DNA from: Vermamoeba vermiformis
Taxonomy: Eukaryota
Assembly: GCA_045837725.1 (NCBI GenBank)
Contig: JBEWZL010000215.1
Location: forward strand, 124,001 to 188,000
Direction: 5' to 3'
Length of the DNA: 64,000 nucleotides
Both the position numbers and the translations under genes were made by a program. Shown here piece after piece: positions 11,449 through 28,508 of this stretch (its first letter is position 1; the number at the start of each line of letters is the position of its first letter). The notes below the pieces were generated by a model. That model had not been told where the DNA came from and searched no databases. It worked only from the letters and a program-made list of their open reading frames with translations.

Positions 11449-14400
11449 TTAGTCATTGAACTCGTAATAATACATTCCTTGAGCTCCGGTGAGTGCATCC
11501 AGATTGGAGCTCGTCCGTGTGTACTGCAGTGTGCGTCGTTCTTCAGCCAGTGCACGCGTGAGTTCAATCGAGTCAACATCTTGCGCCTCATCGTCTTCTT
11601 CGCGCATTTGTTCGTCTTCAGCTGCGAGTACTGTAACGTGAAATTACAATGTTATTGTTAGCGCGTTGAATTTAAATTTCAGATCTGTACCTTGCGTGAG
11701 GAGATGCAACTGCTCCTCTTTCGTGCTGAGTGTTAGTGTGTTGCCAGCAGCTTCCAGCCATTCATGTGCAGACAAGACCTAATTAGGCAAATTAAACGGT
11801 TAGAAATAGTTTACGGCAAGTGTGGGCCTAGTCACCTCGAAGCTGTAGCCCTGATCGATGAGGAACTGTTGTCGCTTCGACGAGTAGTACATCTCGTGCG
11901 TATCTTGCGACACGAGCGAGTAGAAGTACGCGTCATACTTGTTTGATTTATCCGATCGTGCTTTCGGCCGCAGAATACGACCTAATGGTGCAAACATTAG
12001 CAATTACGAAAATATCGAGACACCATTACCTAATCGTTGTGCTTCTTGTCTTCGTGAACCAAAGTGCGATGAGATCTGGATGATTACATTTGCTTCGGGC
12101 AAGTCTATTGAATTGTCTCCAACCTGTACAGCATGAGCTACGAGCACAAGAACATAAATACTGCTTACCTTGGATATGAATATGGTTCGTACTGAGGCAT
12201 TATACTGGAACTGTGAAAAGATCCGCAATCTTTCGGTATTGGATGTGCCTCCATAAATGAACTCTTTGCCTAATTGCTTGGCAAACATCTTGAGCGCGAA
12301 TACATTGTCTGAGAATACCAGAATTTTGTCTCCACGATCCTCATGTTGCTGAATCAAGTGTTGACAAGCTCTGAATTTGTTCGGATTCAGCGTGTAGAGC
12401 AAGCGCTGTTTTCTCGGTGAAGCTTTTAAATACTCCTTATAGAACTCGGCAGTCATGCGGCACCAGACCTCACTGCACTGCACATTGGCAATGTGACCTA
12501 GCCGCACAAGGTCCATCCAGTTGGCCTCGTACAGCTTGGGTCCAATCAAGAAGTTGAGATCCGTAATCATCTCATCCTCGCGCACGAGTGTCGCTGTCAG
12601 TCCGAGCTTGGTGTGTGCTTTGATCTTGCCGAGCACTTGACGGAACATCTTGGCCGGCACGACATGCACTTCATCGAGCAGCACCAGCCCCCACTCGCGA
12701 CTCTCAATGAAGCGCATGATCGCTTCAGCCTCGAACGATCGCTTGCCTGAGAACGCGACCATCGTGTAGGTGGTGATGAGCACTGCAGTGTTGTTGCTGG
12801 CTTGGTGCATCTGACCGAGGTGTTGCTTAATCAACTTGTCCTTATTGTTCGCAGTGAAGCGTGCAATGTGCGCGTCATCGATGCTGGTCCAGAGCTTGAG
12901 CTGATGGCGCCACTGCTCCACCGACACACTCGACGTGCACAAGATGACCGTTGGCTTCTTCACCGTGGCACAAGCGGTGATGCCCACCAGTGACTTGCCC
13001 GCACCACAGGGCAGCGCGATAATGCCTGAGCGCGCACGACCATTGTTGAACATCTTGGCGAGGGACTTCTCCTGATAGGGCCGCAGACTGGTGGTGGGTT
13101 TGAGTTCAATGCTGATGTTCGCATTGGTCGTGTCTTTGCGGAACTCGTACTCCTCGACGAGTGGATGGCCGAGCTCAATGCAGCGCCGCTTGATGTCTTC
13201 AACACTGGTGGGATTGATTTCAAAGGACAGCACTGCCTCGTCGCGTCTCTTTTGTACTTGCGGGGCATTGTCTGTCCGGATGCGGTGAGTGCAAATCATT
13301 AACTGAACGTGACTAATGATGACGCGTACCTAGTGCATCAATCTCAGCGGTGATGTTGTCGGCTGAAGGGAATGCCGTGGTGTCGGTGGGCAGTGTGATG
13401 TGTGAACTGGTCAATTCACCCTACGTATTCCGAGTTCAGTGAACAAATCAGTTGACACGTGTCAAATCTTCGGGACCAATGAACTGCCAATCAGTGTTTA
13501 GCATACCTGCAGTGAGCCAGTGCGAATCACATCATCCTTGAGCAGTTCTTCGAGCACATCGCGGTGCGGTGATTCAATGAAGTACTTGCCCTTCTCCAAC
13601 AAGAGCTTCACCTTGCCAAAGCTGACAGTGCTCTCAGTGATGTACTCGATCACTGGGCGCGGCACTTTCACTTTGGACAGTCGCTCTAACACGCGCAGAA
13701 TGTCTTCAGTCTCGAGCCCTATGGACACAGCGGCATACAACGAGTACTGCGAGTGTGATTAGTGTCACCATGCCATATACTAAACTCATGCTAGTAGTGT
13801 ACCTGCGTGATCTTGTACTCGTGAATGTATTCAGGACGTGACACGGGCTCAGCAATGGCAATCAGAAAGTCATAGGCTGGCTTGTAAATAGGCGAGAATG
13901 TCTCGAGATATATGCGTCGATTAGGACAGACCCATATAGGTCTATTGGCGTGGTCTGGCTTCAGTTCCATATCTGAGAAATCGTTGAACGAGACAGATCC
14001 GTTGTCCGCCATAGTTGACAAGGACTTTCGTTTGGTGCCAGGTGACGCGCTCGATTTTTTGTTGTTGTTGGACTTGTTAGGTGTAGTTTTAGTTCTGTTG
14101 TTGGCACGAGGACTGTCTTCAACCTCATCGTCGTTATTACTGCTCGCAACGCTTGCAATCTCCTCAACACTGGGCTCACTGTCACTACTCTCGATAGGTG
14201 GTTGTTCTACAAAATCATCGTCTTCATCGATTGTTTTCTTGTTCTTTTTCTCTTGCGACTAATAAACGAATATTACAATTAAATTCAGAAATAGGGTCAA
14301 TAAATTCTCAGAATATACTAGGTGCACCAGATGACGTAATATTCATCGAATAACTGGGTATGTACCTTGGATAATTTTTGCTTCTTCACTGGGGTCGCTG

Positions 14401-14499
14401 TTGGTGGAATTAAAAAGTTAGATCCTTTTCCTGATCCGGCCTGAGTAATCCAATGTATTATCGATTCGTACCTGATTTACCCGAAGAACGTCTCTTCAT
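11449..14499 (-). CDS. ERCC3: TFIIH helicase XPB (SSL2/RAD25)
   Basis: [67 protein letters not shown]. Confidence 0.97.
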
Positions 14500-14582
14500 T
14501 GTTCTCACTATGTACAATACAAAATAATGACCTCAGCGCACACGAAATTGTTTGACATTTTCTCTCGCGAGACTTTTTATTT

Positions 14583-15895
14583 TCACTCCGCACTGGAGCT
14601 CGTTGACTGTACAAAAAAATTATTCGCAATAATATGTCTAAAGCATTGTAATATAGCACTGTGTTCTTTCTGGATTTCGGTGTGCAACAGCTAACGAAAC
14701 AGATCAGTACACGGAATACAACACGACTAAGGACCAAGTACCTTTTCGAGCAGCGATGACTTCTTGTGTGGGTCTTGTGATTGGCGCGGTTTCTTGCGCG
14801 GTGCCATCTAGTAAATAGTCGTTAGTCATGCCGATCTGATTGATTTGCTGCTCACCTCTTCGTGTGCGAATGTGCACTGCTCGCCCTTGAGACAACGGCC
14901 CTGCATAAAATATTTACAGCTTCGCTTGCGCTTCAGACCGTGCTCTTGTGTTAGTGGCGTGAGTGCCTCGCTGACTAGTGTCAGGCACGTCAGATTTGAT
15001 AATTTTGAGCTCTTCAGGCTGTTCATCCACACCACTGCCATGTGCTTCACTCGCGGTGTTGCTCACTTCTGGCGGCACAGGCAGCTCTTGCGTCACAGCG
15101 TGTGGCTTCGAGAATTCATTTCTATTGTTCCGCTTGTTGTTATTGCGGTTATTCTTGCGATTAAATCGTGAATTCTTGTCAAATATTTCTCCTCTTTCTC
15201 GCCGCCGTTGTTCTTCCTCCGTCTATGAGCATATGAGTCTCTAATCGTCATTATTCATATCCCAATTCGAAGGTACCTTTTTAGCCACCACTTCACTCGT
15301 GGGAAATCTCTTCTTGCGCTCTTCAATATAGCGATTGATCTCTTCAGGAGTCTCCATTTTGCCTATTGCAGAATTCAAGTGCCGCATTTTGTGCAGTTTG
15401 ACCACGCTGTATGCTGCGTTGAATGTGCAGCCAGGATAGGTGCACTTGACGTGACTCTTCAAATGAGCCTCGTGTTGCTGCAGTGTTTTAAAGTACTTCT
15501 CGCACGCATCGCAGCTGAACTCGCCCTCTTCATCGTCCTCAGCAGGCTTGGGGGGCTTGGGACGTTTGCTGTAGACTGGTGGCACGTACTGCACTGGCGG
15601 GGGTGGAGGCACAAAATTGGGTGCGTGTACTTGTGGCATGTAACTCGCCGCGCTTTGAGCTACAGGTGCAGGTATTTGCGGTGTGTAATTGACTGGTGGC
15701 ATGGCCTGGGGCTGAAATCGAGATAAGATCGGCTGGATCAAGGTGCGTGTCACTTACATAGTACGGGACATAGGGTTGATTGTATTGTTGCGGTGCAGTT
15801 TGATATTGAGGCTTACTTTTGTATTGATTTCGTGGTTGTTTGGAGGGAGTGTTCGAGCCGGCACCATAAAATTGAACTAGATCGCCAAGATTCAT
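14583..15895 (-). CDS. NUFIP1: NUFIP1/Rsa1 snoRNP assembly factor with C2H2 and CCCH zinc fingers
   Basis: CDACEKYF..HLKSHVKCTYPGCTF, ETPEEINRYIEERKKRFPT, CKYFMQGRCLKGEQCTFAH, LLEKLLHTEIQKEHSAILQCFRHIIANNFF. Confidence 0.85.
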
Positions 15896-16237
15896 AATGC
15901 TGGATCGATGAACAATTAATAATAATTTCAAAAATATAATTCATTAATTACATTTAGGAAGAGCATCAAATAAAAGAAAGAGAAATAACTGTCAGATCGC
16001 GGATCGGTTTTTGAATCTTAACCCGAACTTACTTGCAAACGGCGATTCGAGTAAATATGTATTAATTGTGGTCACGAGTAAGGGTTTCACGATAAATGCG
16101 CATTAGTGATGGAATTTCATATTAAGTCGCGCTCAATGGTTTTTATCAACTTTATTCGACCGTGACTTAACCGCATTGAAAAAATCTTTCTTGATAAAAT
16201 TACAGCGTATTGAATTTAGGAGCAAGCATATTACCAA

Positions 16238-17803
16238 ATGGCGAGCCAACAAGAAATTCAACAAATTATTACCAACTTTTTGTTGAACGCTCCTCCTGGA
16301 GAGTTTATGGAGGTCGTTACTGGTAAGATTTGACGAAAATTAAAATTCCTGCGATATAATAATTCTAATAATGGCTATAATAAATCAGACATTCGTGGCT
16401 TGTTGAAGAATGATGCTATTTTGAACTCGTTGGCTCCTTCAGTATTCAAACAATACAACACCGATCAGATGTTGAAAGTTAAAACTCCTTACAACTCTGA
16501 GGTACTTAAATATTATTATTGTGGCATATACTGTACAATCAGCATATTTATGGTGCAGCAACGTGTTTGCAGCTTCAAATCAACGATATTTCTATTTGTC
16601 AAGCAAACTCGTGATAATAATAATTTTTTATTATCAGTTCTTGATCACTAAGCAAGGCGAGGTTAGCGCCAACGAATACTTGGATCCTGCCACTAAGCAA
16701 ATCGTTACCTTCGATCACATTAGACAAGTAAGTAATATTGAGAAAACATTTATTTTGGTATCTGGACTTTTTATGCTAATTTTACCAACCAAGGAAATTA
16801 CTGGTGCTCGCTCTGCTGGTAATGCTTTGGATTCTGATGTTGAGCCCTACAGGTATGAAATGCTCGAATTAAATAACGTTAACGGGACAGATACGCTCGC
16901 TTTATTTACCGATAAACGACTAATTTGGAGCATTCTACGAATATTTTTGGAGCCTATTAAAAACATAATTCTTGGCTCCTGAATCGAAATTGAATTGGTT
17001 TATTCTCGGGCCACATCTTGTTGAAAAATTATCCATTAAAATAACAGCAATCATTCTTCATATTTATAGTTTGAGCGGTTGTCTACAGCACAAATAACAT
17101 TTTAGTGCTCATTTACTTGCGCACTGAGTATGCAGAATATCGAATCACGTGCGAGATACTGACGCGATTGTTATTCGTTCACAGAAAAGCCTTTGAGACT
17201 CAAGTCACTGAGTACGTCAAGGAACACTTCGAGAACGGCGCTGGAGTCGTGTACGGCACCAAGAACAACGACGGCACCTACACCATCACCACTTGCATCT
17301 CCTCTGTCTTGCTCAACCCCAACAACTTCTAGTAAGTATTCGTGGTCAATAACTCATTCGCTGCAGTGATATTAACACGTATTGCGCTTAGCACTGGCAG
17401 ATGGCGCAGTCTCTGGACTTGCACTTTCAAGCCTGGATCTGGCAATGCGGAGCTCAAGGGTAACATTCGCATCACCGTGCACTACTACGAAGACGGCAAC
17501 GTGCAATTGAACACCAACACTCCTAAAGTCAAGCAAGTTCAAGGCTCTGTAAGTACACGCATGCGATTGTTGTTGTCTCGCACAGGACTGACACCTCACC
17601 TGCAGGACGCTAACTCATTGGCCGCTGCTGCTGTCAAGGCGTTGTCTGCCTCTGAAAGTGACTTCCACAACGCTTTGGACGCGAGCTACAACTCCATGGG
17701 CACCACGACCTTCAAGGCGCTCAGACGTGCCTTGCCCATCACCCGAAAGAAAATTGAATGGAACAAGGTCTTGACCATGAAGATGGACATCGGCAAGAAC
17801 TAA
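16238..17803 (+). CDS. CAPZA: F-actin capping protein alpha subunit
   Basis: FLLNAPPGEFMEVVTDIR, NFYTGRWRSLW, VHYYEDGNVQL, TFKALRRALPITRKKIEW. Confidence 0.96.
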
Positions 17804-18010
17804 ATTCTTGTTTTACTCTCGCATTACTCGCTTCACAGCTATGCAATGTACATTAACGCCGATTTAGCTTAAGAAATACTACTCGCTGAAGTAGCTTCTT
17901 ATCTGCTCAATTCACCTTTGTTTGGCTAATAAATACTTATCTTAAAATTAATAAGCTTGCTAATCTTGTTTCAGCAGTACTGTTTGTTTGGGCCTTTTTT
18001 TCTACCAAAG

Positions 18011-18019
18011 CCCGCCAAA
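18011..18019 (-). promoter_or_regulatory. E2F-type site (TTTGGCGGG) upstream of MCM3
   Basis: cccgccaaa lies about 70 nt before the MCM3 ATG; MCM genes are classic E2F targets. Confidence 0.45.
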
Positions 18020-18085
18020 AACCATTTTATTTTTTGAATTTAAGTTCGTCGATTCTTGCATTAGTTCCGTGCAGCATACCACACC

Positions 18086-20992
<2,907 letters not shown>

Positions 20993-21279
20993 TCACGCAG
21001 CCCTCTTGTACTATTCAAATGTACACCATGTAAATTTTGTTTTGTGTTGCATGTTCAAAAGCGGTTACTAGCGCCACTCACTATTGCGGCAGCTATTAAG
21101 CAGAGAATCAATTGAGATGTGATCGAATTGCACGAGTGTGCATCAGAGATCAACGGGCAGATTTTGTTGCGTATCTTCGAGGGGGATTTTCGTTTGGTTA
21201 ACAAAAAACATTTTTTATTTCAACTACGCTCAGAGGCCCACAACCCGATCCATTACATATTTACGAACACTAAATTGTA

Positions 21280-24200
21280 ATGTCGGATAAGGAGGAGAAG
21301 AAGTCCTCCGGCTTGAAGAAATTGCTGACCCGGAAGGACTCTGAATCTAAAGAGTCCAAAAAGGACAAAGACAAGAAGGACAAGAAGGACAAAGATAAGG
21401 AAAGAGAAGAAAAGGATAGAAAGAAAGAGGAAAAGAAGAGACAATTAGCAGAGAGAAAAGCAGAACTAGCGAAGAAGAAGGAGGAAAAGAAAGGATTGTC
21501 ATCGACCCCGTCCTCGAGAGAGCTCCCAGTCATTTCAGAGACAAAAGTCGATGCACCAAAATTGTCTTCATCACCAGAGAGGTCGACATTAACCTCTTCT
21601 GGAAATGCCAGCAATGCAACTGCTCCTAATCCCGCGACGAACGGAGCTTCACCTACTCCCGGCGAGAAGAAGCTTCCTGCTCGTCGAAAACAGATGGTCA
21701 AGACACAGACTATTACAGCTGCGCAATTGGACCCGGCGACTATGCAAACGCAATTCGAAACCTTATTGGTAATTTTTAGATTGAAAAAATTGAATTTTGT
21801 TTGGGATAATCAATTAATTGTTCGTTCACTCGGACTTAGCTAATAATATTATTTAGAACGAATTAAAATACCCGCCCATGCAGCGACGAGAAATGATGAA
21901 TTGGAACGACAACCAAAAGATGGTGTTCATCCAAACTCATAAAGACTTTCTGGTACGTTACTAAATGCTTTTATAATACTAGTGAAGGACGCGCAATTTC
22001 ATATTTAACCCATAAATTCCGTTCTTCTATTTTATAATTTTTCGGTGGCTTAACCGCTGAATTGACGGCGCTAGCGCAAGCACGAGAATATGAAACTAAC
22101 CTCGCTTGTCAACAGGAAAAGGGTTCTGGCGAGTCAAAAGATACGCCGCAATATTACGTCAAGGCACTCAGCACAGATCTTTCATTGCCGATGGTGAAAG
22201 CACTCCGCGTGTCTATCAACTCGAATCCAGCGATGTGGATCACGACATTCAAAGATCTCGGTGGTGTCACAGGCCTCGTTGACGTGCTTGTCACTCTTGA
22301 AAAGCAACGTGAAAAAGAGAAGAAGGATCTTGAAATTCAGCTCGAATGTATTCGTTGTATTTTAACCATATTGAACGTTAAGGTACGGCAATGACACAGT
22401 GCCTAACAGCTGTCGCATGACTAATCACATTGCCACTTAGACGGCCATGGAGGACTTTGTTCACTCGCCCGAACTGATTAACCGCATTGCGCTGTTGACA
22501 GACAGTCAAGAAATGCGCGTTAAGAAGAGTGTCTATGAACTCCTCTCAGCCATTGTGTTCTTGCATCAGGACGGTCACAAGCGTGTGCTCGAGGCAATGG
22601 ACTACCACAAATTCTCCACCAAAGAGCGCCGCAGATTCCAAAATGTTATGGAGACCCTCAAGTTTGACAAGACACCTGAAATTCGAACGTAAGTCGTCGG
22701 CACTGCTATTCGTGCAAGGTATTAACGCAGTGTACAGAGCGGTCTTGACATTCATTAACTGTATCGTCAACACGCCTGATGATTTGGACGAGCGTATGGA
22801 TCTGCGACGCGAGTTCATTAGTCTGGGCATACTCGACTTTATCGCTAAGATTCGTGTCGAGGAGACTCAAGTGCCCGAGACTTTGTCAGTGCAACTCGAC
22901 AACTTTGAGAAGGATCAGGAGCAAGACGACGAAGAGTTTGCCGAGCGTCTCGGTGAACGCAAAGTCGACTTCGCTAACCCTCAGGACATCTACTCCAATC
23001 TGTTGCACTCCATCGAGGGCAAGCCCTATTTGCGTCAACCGTTCACGGAGTTGATGAAGCACTTGCTAGTGGTGCCTACTGATAAGAGCAGCGGTCTCAG
23101 AATTTGGCTCTTGTTAGGCAAATTGGCACATCACTTGGCGATTCAAAAGGACACTCTAGCACTGGACAATGATCAGCAAATCGACTTGACGGATCTCCTC
23201 GAGGCTGCTGATGATAAGGCTGCTCTTGAAGAACTGAAGGAGAAAGAATTCGAGTGGGTGCAAAAGTACGAGGAGGACGTCGGCAAGCTTAAAGAAGAGC
23301 TTGAAGAGAGCAAGAAGAAACAAAGCGACGTTGAAGTTACCATTGAAACTCGTGTTGCCGAGGTCAAGAAGGCGCTCAAAGAGAAACAAAAGTCTCGTAT
23401 TGCAAGAAAGGTTCAGGAGGCCGTGAAGAGCAAGGAAATGGAGTTGAAAGAGGTCGAAGAGTCCTTAAACTCCAAGACTGAAGAGCTCAAGGCCAAAGAA
23501 GCACAACTGTTGGAACAAGTCCGTGGCTTGCAAGATCAATTGCTGCAGAAGGACGCTGAGCTCGAGAAAAAGAAGCTCGAAATTGACGAGGCCAGAGAAG
23601 ATGCCAAGCGAGAGCTCAAAAAGCAACTCGGCGACCTCACTAAAGCTAAGCAAGATGCCATTGAAGAAGCAGAGCGCATCAAGGGCGAATTGTTGGCTAA
23701 GGAGAAGGACTTGCTGTTGTTGAAGCAAGAGCAAGAACAACGTGGTCGCGTTGAATTGATCACCATGCAACGAAACCTCGAGGACAAGCACAAGCGCGAG
23801 ACTGACGAGCTTCTTAAGCAAAACGAGGATCGCATCAACAAGCTGAAGGCTCAGAACAAAGAAGAGGTGAAGAAAGCTCTTGACATGCAGAGGCAAGAAC
23901 TCGACTCTTTGCACGAAGAGAAGATGAAAGTCACCTTGGAGAACTTGAAGACCAGCAAGTCTTCGGGAGAGTTCCACGAGCTCGAAATCTCCATGGCCAA
24001 GGAAGCTGAAGCCCGCAATCAGAAGGTTATGCAGTCCCTCAAAGAAAAGGAGAACGAGCTCGCTTCCTTGAGCAAGAAGCTCGACGAAGAGAAGCAGAAG
24101 TCTGAGACCTTGCAGAAACAACTCAATGACCTCTCGAGCAAACAAGCCGCTTCTTCCAAGACGATTGAGGACGAGAAGAAGAAATTGCAAGAAAAGATTT

Positions 24201-27200
24201 GGACCTTCGAATTTGAGCTGAAGGAAGCCACTTCTCAAGTGAAGAAGATCACTGCTGAGAAGCACACCGTCATTGAAGAAATGGAGCGCAAGAAACAAAA
24301 GCGCAAATGGAAGAAGGAGGAAATGGCAAAGAGACAGCGCGAAGAGAAGTCTAAGCTTGAAAACGAATTGATTGAGCTCAAGACTCAGTTACAATCCGAC
24401 AAGAACAAGTTGACGGCACAGATTACAGACCTCAAGTACGCTATCGAAGAGGAGAAGAAGACTGCTAGCAAGAGAGCGGAAGAGCATCGTAAGATTTTGG
24501 AGGACGAGCGTGCCAAAGCCAAGCAGAAGATCGACGAGTTGAAGCAACAACACGACGATAGTGTTGGCAAGGCTAATCAAGAACTCAAGGACCAATTGCG
24601 CTTGCTTGAAGTCGAAAAGATCAAGGTGGAGCGCAAGGTCGAACAGCTGAACAAGTCTATTGAAGACAACGAAAGAAAGTTGGCTGAAGTTAAGAAAACT
24701 TTTGAGGACGAAAAGGCAACGCTCGCACAACAGTTGGTATCTTTGCGCGAGAAGCACTCTCAACTGAAGCACGAGAATGCTGACCTCCAAGAGAGCTTGA
24801 AGAAGGCCCAAGCCCAAGCTGAAGTCAATACTTCCATGGCTCCAGTCCCCGCCAAGACCACTGCTTTGCTTGAACAACTTGAAGATCTCAAGGCTGAAAT
24901 TCAAGAGCTCACTGACGAGAACAAACAACTCAAGCTTGCGGCTCAACACAATGAGGCTAGCACTGGTGCAGTTGAAGGTGCTAGTGAGGCACACTTCAAG
25001 GAAGTGGTCGCCAAGCTCCAAACCGAGCTCGATGAAGCAGAGACTAAGATTGCTAGCTACTCACTCAAAGAAGACAAGCTCAAGGCCAAGGTGAAGGACT
25101 TGCAATCAGAACTGGCCGTCTTGAAGGCTGAAGATGACGATCCTGAGTCACCAAAGAGTCCTAAGGGCATCTCACCCGCTGCTCTGGAAGCACTCAAGCA
25201 GAACGAGCAGTTGCGCGAAGATATGAAGCAGCTCAAGGTCAAGATGGAGCAAATCAACAGCGAGAAGGAGAATTTGAATGCAGAGATTAAGAGACTCACC
25301 GCTGATAAGGCGAACGTCAAAGAGCAAGCCGATCGTTCTAACGCAGACATCAAGAAGTTGATGACTGAGCGTGACGATTTGGACAAGAGAGTCAAAACAA
25401 TGGAGGCTGAAATCAGCAAGCTTCAGAAGGCCAACGAACTCCGCTCGTCAGGATCATCTGTCACTGATAAACTCAAAGTTGAGCAATTGCAGAAGGACAA
25501 CGACAGCTTGAAACAAGAGATTGAGAAGCTAGAGAAGAAGTTGTCCACTCCTCCTTCCACTGCCCCTCTCTCTGCTGGTGAGCGCCTGAAACTTGATCGC
25601 TTGGAGCGTGAGACTGAGCGCTACAAAGCTGAAATTGAAAAGCTCAAAGCAAGCAGCTCCACAGCATCTTCTTCACCTCTCTCCAATGGCGAAAGATTGA
25701 AGCTCGATCGATTGGAGCGCGAGAATGAGCGCTACAAGGCTGAAAACGAAAAGCTCAAGGCTGGTGGTGTGTCTTCCAGCACTCCTGCAACTACAGGTGG
25801 CGCCTCACTGTCCGCAGCTGAAAAGGTCAAGCTCGAACGATTGGAAAAAGAGAACGAACGATTAAAGCTTGAGAACGAGCGATTGAAGCTTGAGGGCAAG
25901 AGCGGCGCGAGCACTCCTGGTACTTTGTCTCGCACTGGCTCAATCAACGCCAGCTCTGGTACATCATCTGCTGACAAAGAAAAGATGGAGAAGCTCCAGA
26001 AAGAGTTGGACACGCTCAAACAAGAACTGGAGAAATCCAAATCCAACGCTAACTCTTCCTCGTCCACGGACAAGAAGAAGTTGGAGATCTTAATGCAACA
26101 GAACGACGACTTGCGTGCTGAGCTCGAAAAGGCCAAGAAGGGCGGTGCAGTAACTGTCTCCGCTGCTGCCGTTGATGACAAGAAGGTGCAAGAGTTGCAA
26201 AAGGAGAACGACAAGCTAAAGAAGGAGTTAGATGCCGCCAAGCAAGCCAAGGGTCAACAAGATGACTCCAGCAAGTTGCAGGCACAGTTGTCTCAATTGC
26301 GCGCTGAAAACGACAAGTTACGTGACGAGTTGAGTCGCGCTGCTGCTGCAGGTAGTAGCGATAGTGCTCCACCTCCACCTCCAATCACTAACGATGGACC
26401 TCCACCACCCCCACCTCCTGGTCCTCCACCACCACCCGGCTTTGATGGCCCACCACCTCCACCTCCTCCTGGCCCACCACCACCACCTGGCTTTGATGGT
26501 CCACCACCACCTCCTCCTCCTGGTCCTCCAGGCCCTCCACCCCCACCTGGCCCACCCGGACCTCCACCTCCACCTGGTATGGGCGGTGCTCCACCTCCAC
26601 CTCCTTTCGGTAAAGTGGGTGGTGCTCCCGCTGCCAATGACTTGCCTGTTCCCGCTGGTCCCAAACCTACTCCTGGTGTTCAACTGCGTAACGTGCAATG
26701 GACTAAGATGCCTAAGAACAAGGCCGTAAAAACTTGGGCTAAGGATGTCGATCCTGGCAAGGTTGATTTGGACGTCAAAGAGTTGGAAGATCTCTTCGCT
26801 AAAAAAGAAGTTGTCAAGGCCGACAAAGGTGCCGGTAAGTAATATATATATGAATTCCTGATATGATTTAGAGTTTGTCTAATGCCATTTTAGGTGGTGA
26901 GAAAGAGAAGAAAGATGCCAAGATTAGTAACCTCGATCCTAAGAGATTACAGAACGTCGGTATCTTCTTGAAGACTTTCAAGTTGACCAACAAAGAGATC
27001 AAAGAAGCTATTCTCATGTTCAACGAGGACATTTTGAACTTGGAGAATACCAAGAAGTTGCGCGATAACTTGCCTCAGGACGAAGAAATGCAGCGCATTA
27101 AGCAGTACATTGCTGATGGTAGTCCGATTGACAAGTTGGAAGCTGTTGACTTGTTCTTCATGGAGGTCGACCAAATTCCCGACTTGAAGGCCCGCGTTGA

Positions 27201-28314
27201 CTGTCTCTACTTCAAGCTTCTGTTCCCGAGCAAATGGAACGAACTCCGTCCTGCCTTGTTGCGTGTTAAGAAAGCAACGACCGAATTGAAGAGCAAGGGA
27301 CAAAAATGGCTCAAACTGCTTGAAATTATTCTCGCTGTTGGTAACTTCTTGAACAGCGGCACTGCTAAGGGTGCAGCTAATGCATTCAGTCTTGACTCGC
27401 TTGGCAAGTTGAATGACACCAAGGCTGAGGGCTCGAACAAGACCTTGTTGCGCTACATTGTGGAATATGTGATGAACAAGTACGCCGATGTGCTCACATT
27501 CGTTGAAGATATTGGCGCGGTCAAATACGCCACCAAAGTCAGCTACGAGACCATCCAAGCTGATATCAACGAGCTGCGCAAGTCAATCAACGACACTGAC
27601 AAGAGAATCCCCACCGTGAAGAAGAGCGAGGACAAATTTGACGTGTTCCACCGTGTCATGCCCGACGCACTTAAAGACGCCCAAACAAAGTTCGACGAGC
27701 TCGAAAAGCTTTTCCAGAAGGTCGACGAAGAATACAAAGCACTGTTGGTATTCTACGGCGAAGACGCAAAGACACCTCCCGAGAAGTTCTACTCCACCAT
27801 CACCGACTTTATTGGTTTGTGGGACAAGATCCACAAGGAGATTCTCAAGGACAAAGAGAAGGAAGAAAAAGCGAAGGCCAAGGCCGTTGAAACTGAGAAG
27901 AAGTCAGCAGAGGCTGCCGCGCAAATCAAGAAAGATCGCGCGTCCTCGAAAGAAGAACGCGCCAGCAGACTGCGCAGCACAATGGAACAAGTCAGCTCAA
28001 GTGTCAACGCTGAAGTCAACGGCGAGAATGGCACGAGCACGCCAGCTGCAGCTCCGAAGGATGAAGAAGATGATTCTGGCCTGTTGGACAGCGCTCTTAG
28101 CTTGTTGAAGAAGCAAGGTAACGACAACATTATGGCCAAGAGGCGGTTCAGACGTCAAGAAACACTGCGCGCAAAGCAAAAAGAAAAGGACGGCATTACC
28201 TCGTCATCAACCACCACTACAACCACTACCAGCACCACCACCGCCAGCACTGCATCGAGTAGTAGCACTGCTAAAAAATCTCTCGCATCCCTCGCCTCGC
28301 TAACGAGGAAATGA
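21280..28314 (+). CDS. Diaphanous-related formin (GBD/FH3, very long coiled coil, FH1, FH2, DAD)
   Basis: FKDLGGV..ECIRC, FINCIVNTPDDLDERMDLRREF, poly-Pro FH1 at about 26368-26604, RLQNVGIFL and LEIILAVGNFLN FH2 motifs, LLDSALSLLK..RRFRR DAD. Confidence 0.93.
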
Positions 28315-28508
28315 GACTTGTAATTTGAAACCCTAATTTATTCTGTTTGCAATTTCAACTTTTGTGTTATAATAAAACTGTAAATCATTGTTTATCTTAA
28401 TTGCGCAGCACTTTGTGATCACAGACCCGAAGGAAACCGCGCCAAAAATAAAATCTCCACAAAATCTGTTTCGAAATCACTCGCAATTTATTATATTACA
28501 ACGTAATC

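Noticed and set aside
16853-17184. Possible snoRNAs in the long introns of CAPZA and MCTS1 (57244-57554)
   Set aside because: Only short hairpins; I found no convincing C/D or H/ACA box arrangement by eye
26368-26604. Tandem CC-rich repeats as an array or satellite
   Set aside because: They encode the formin FH1 poly-proline region
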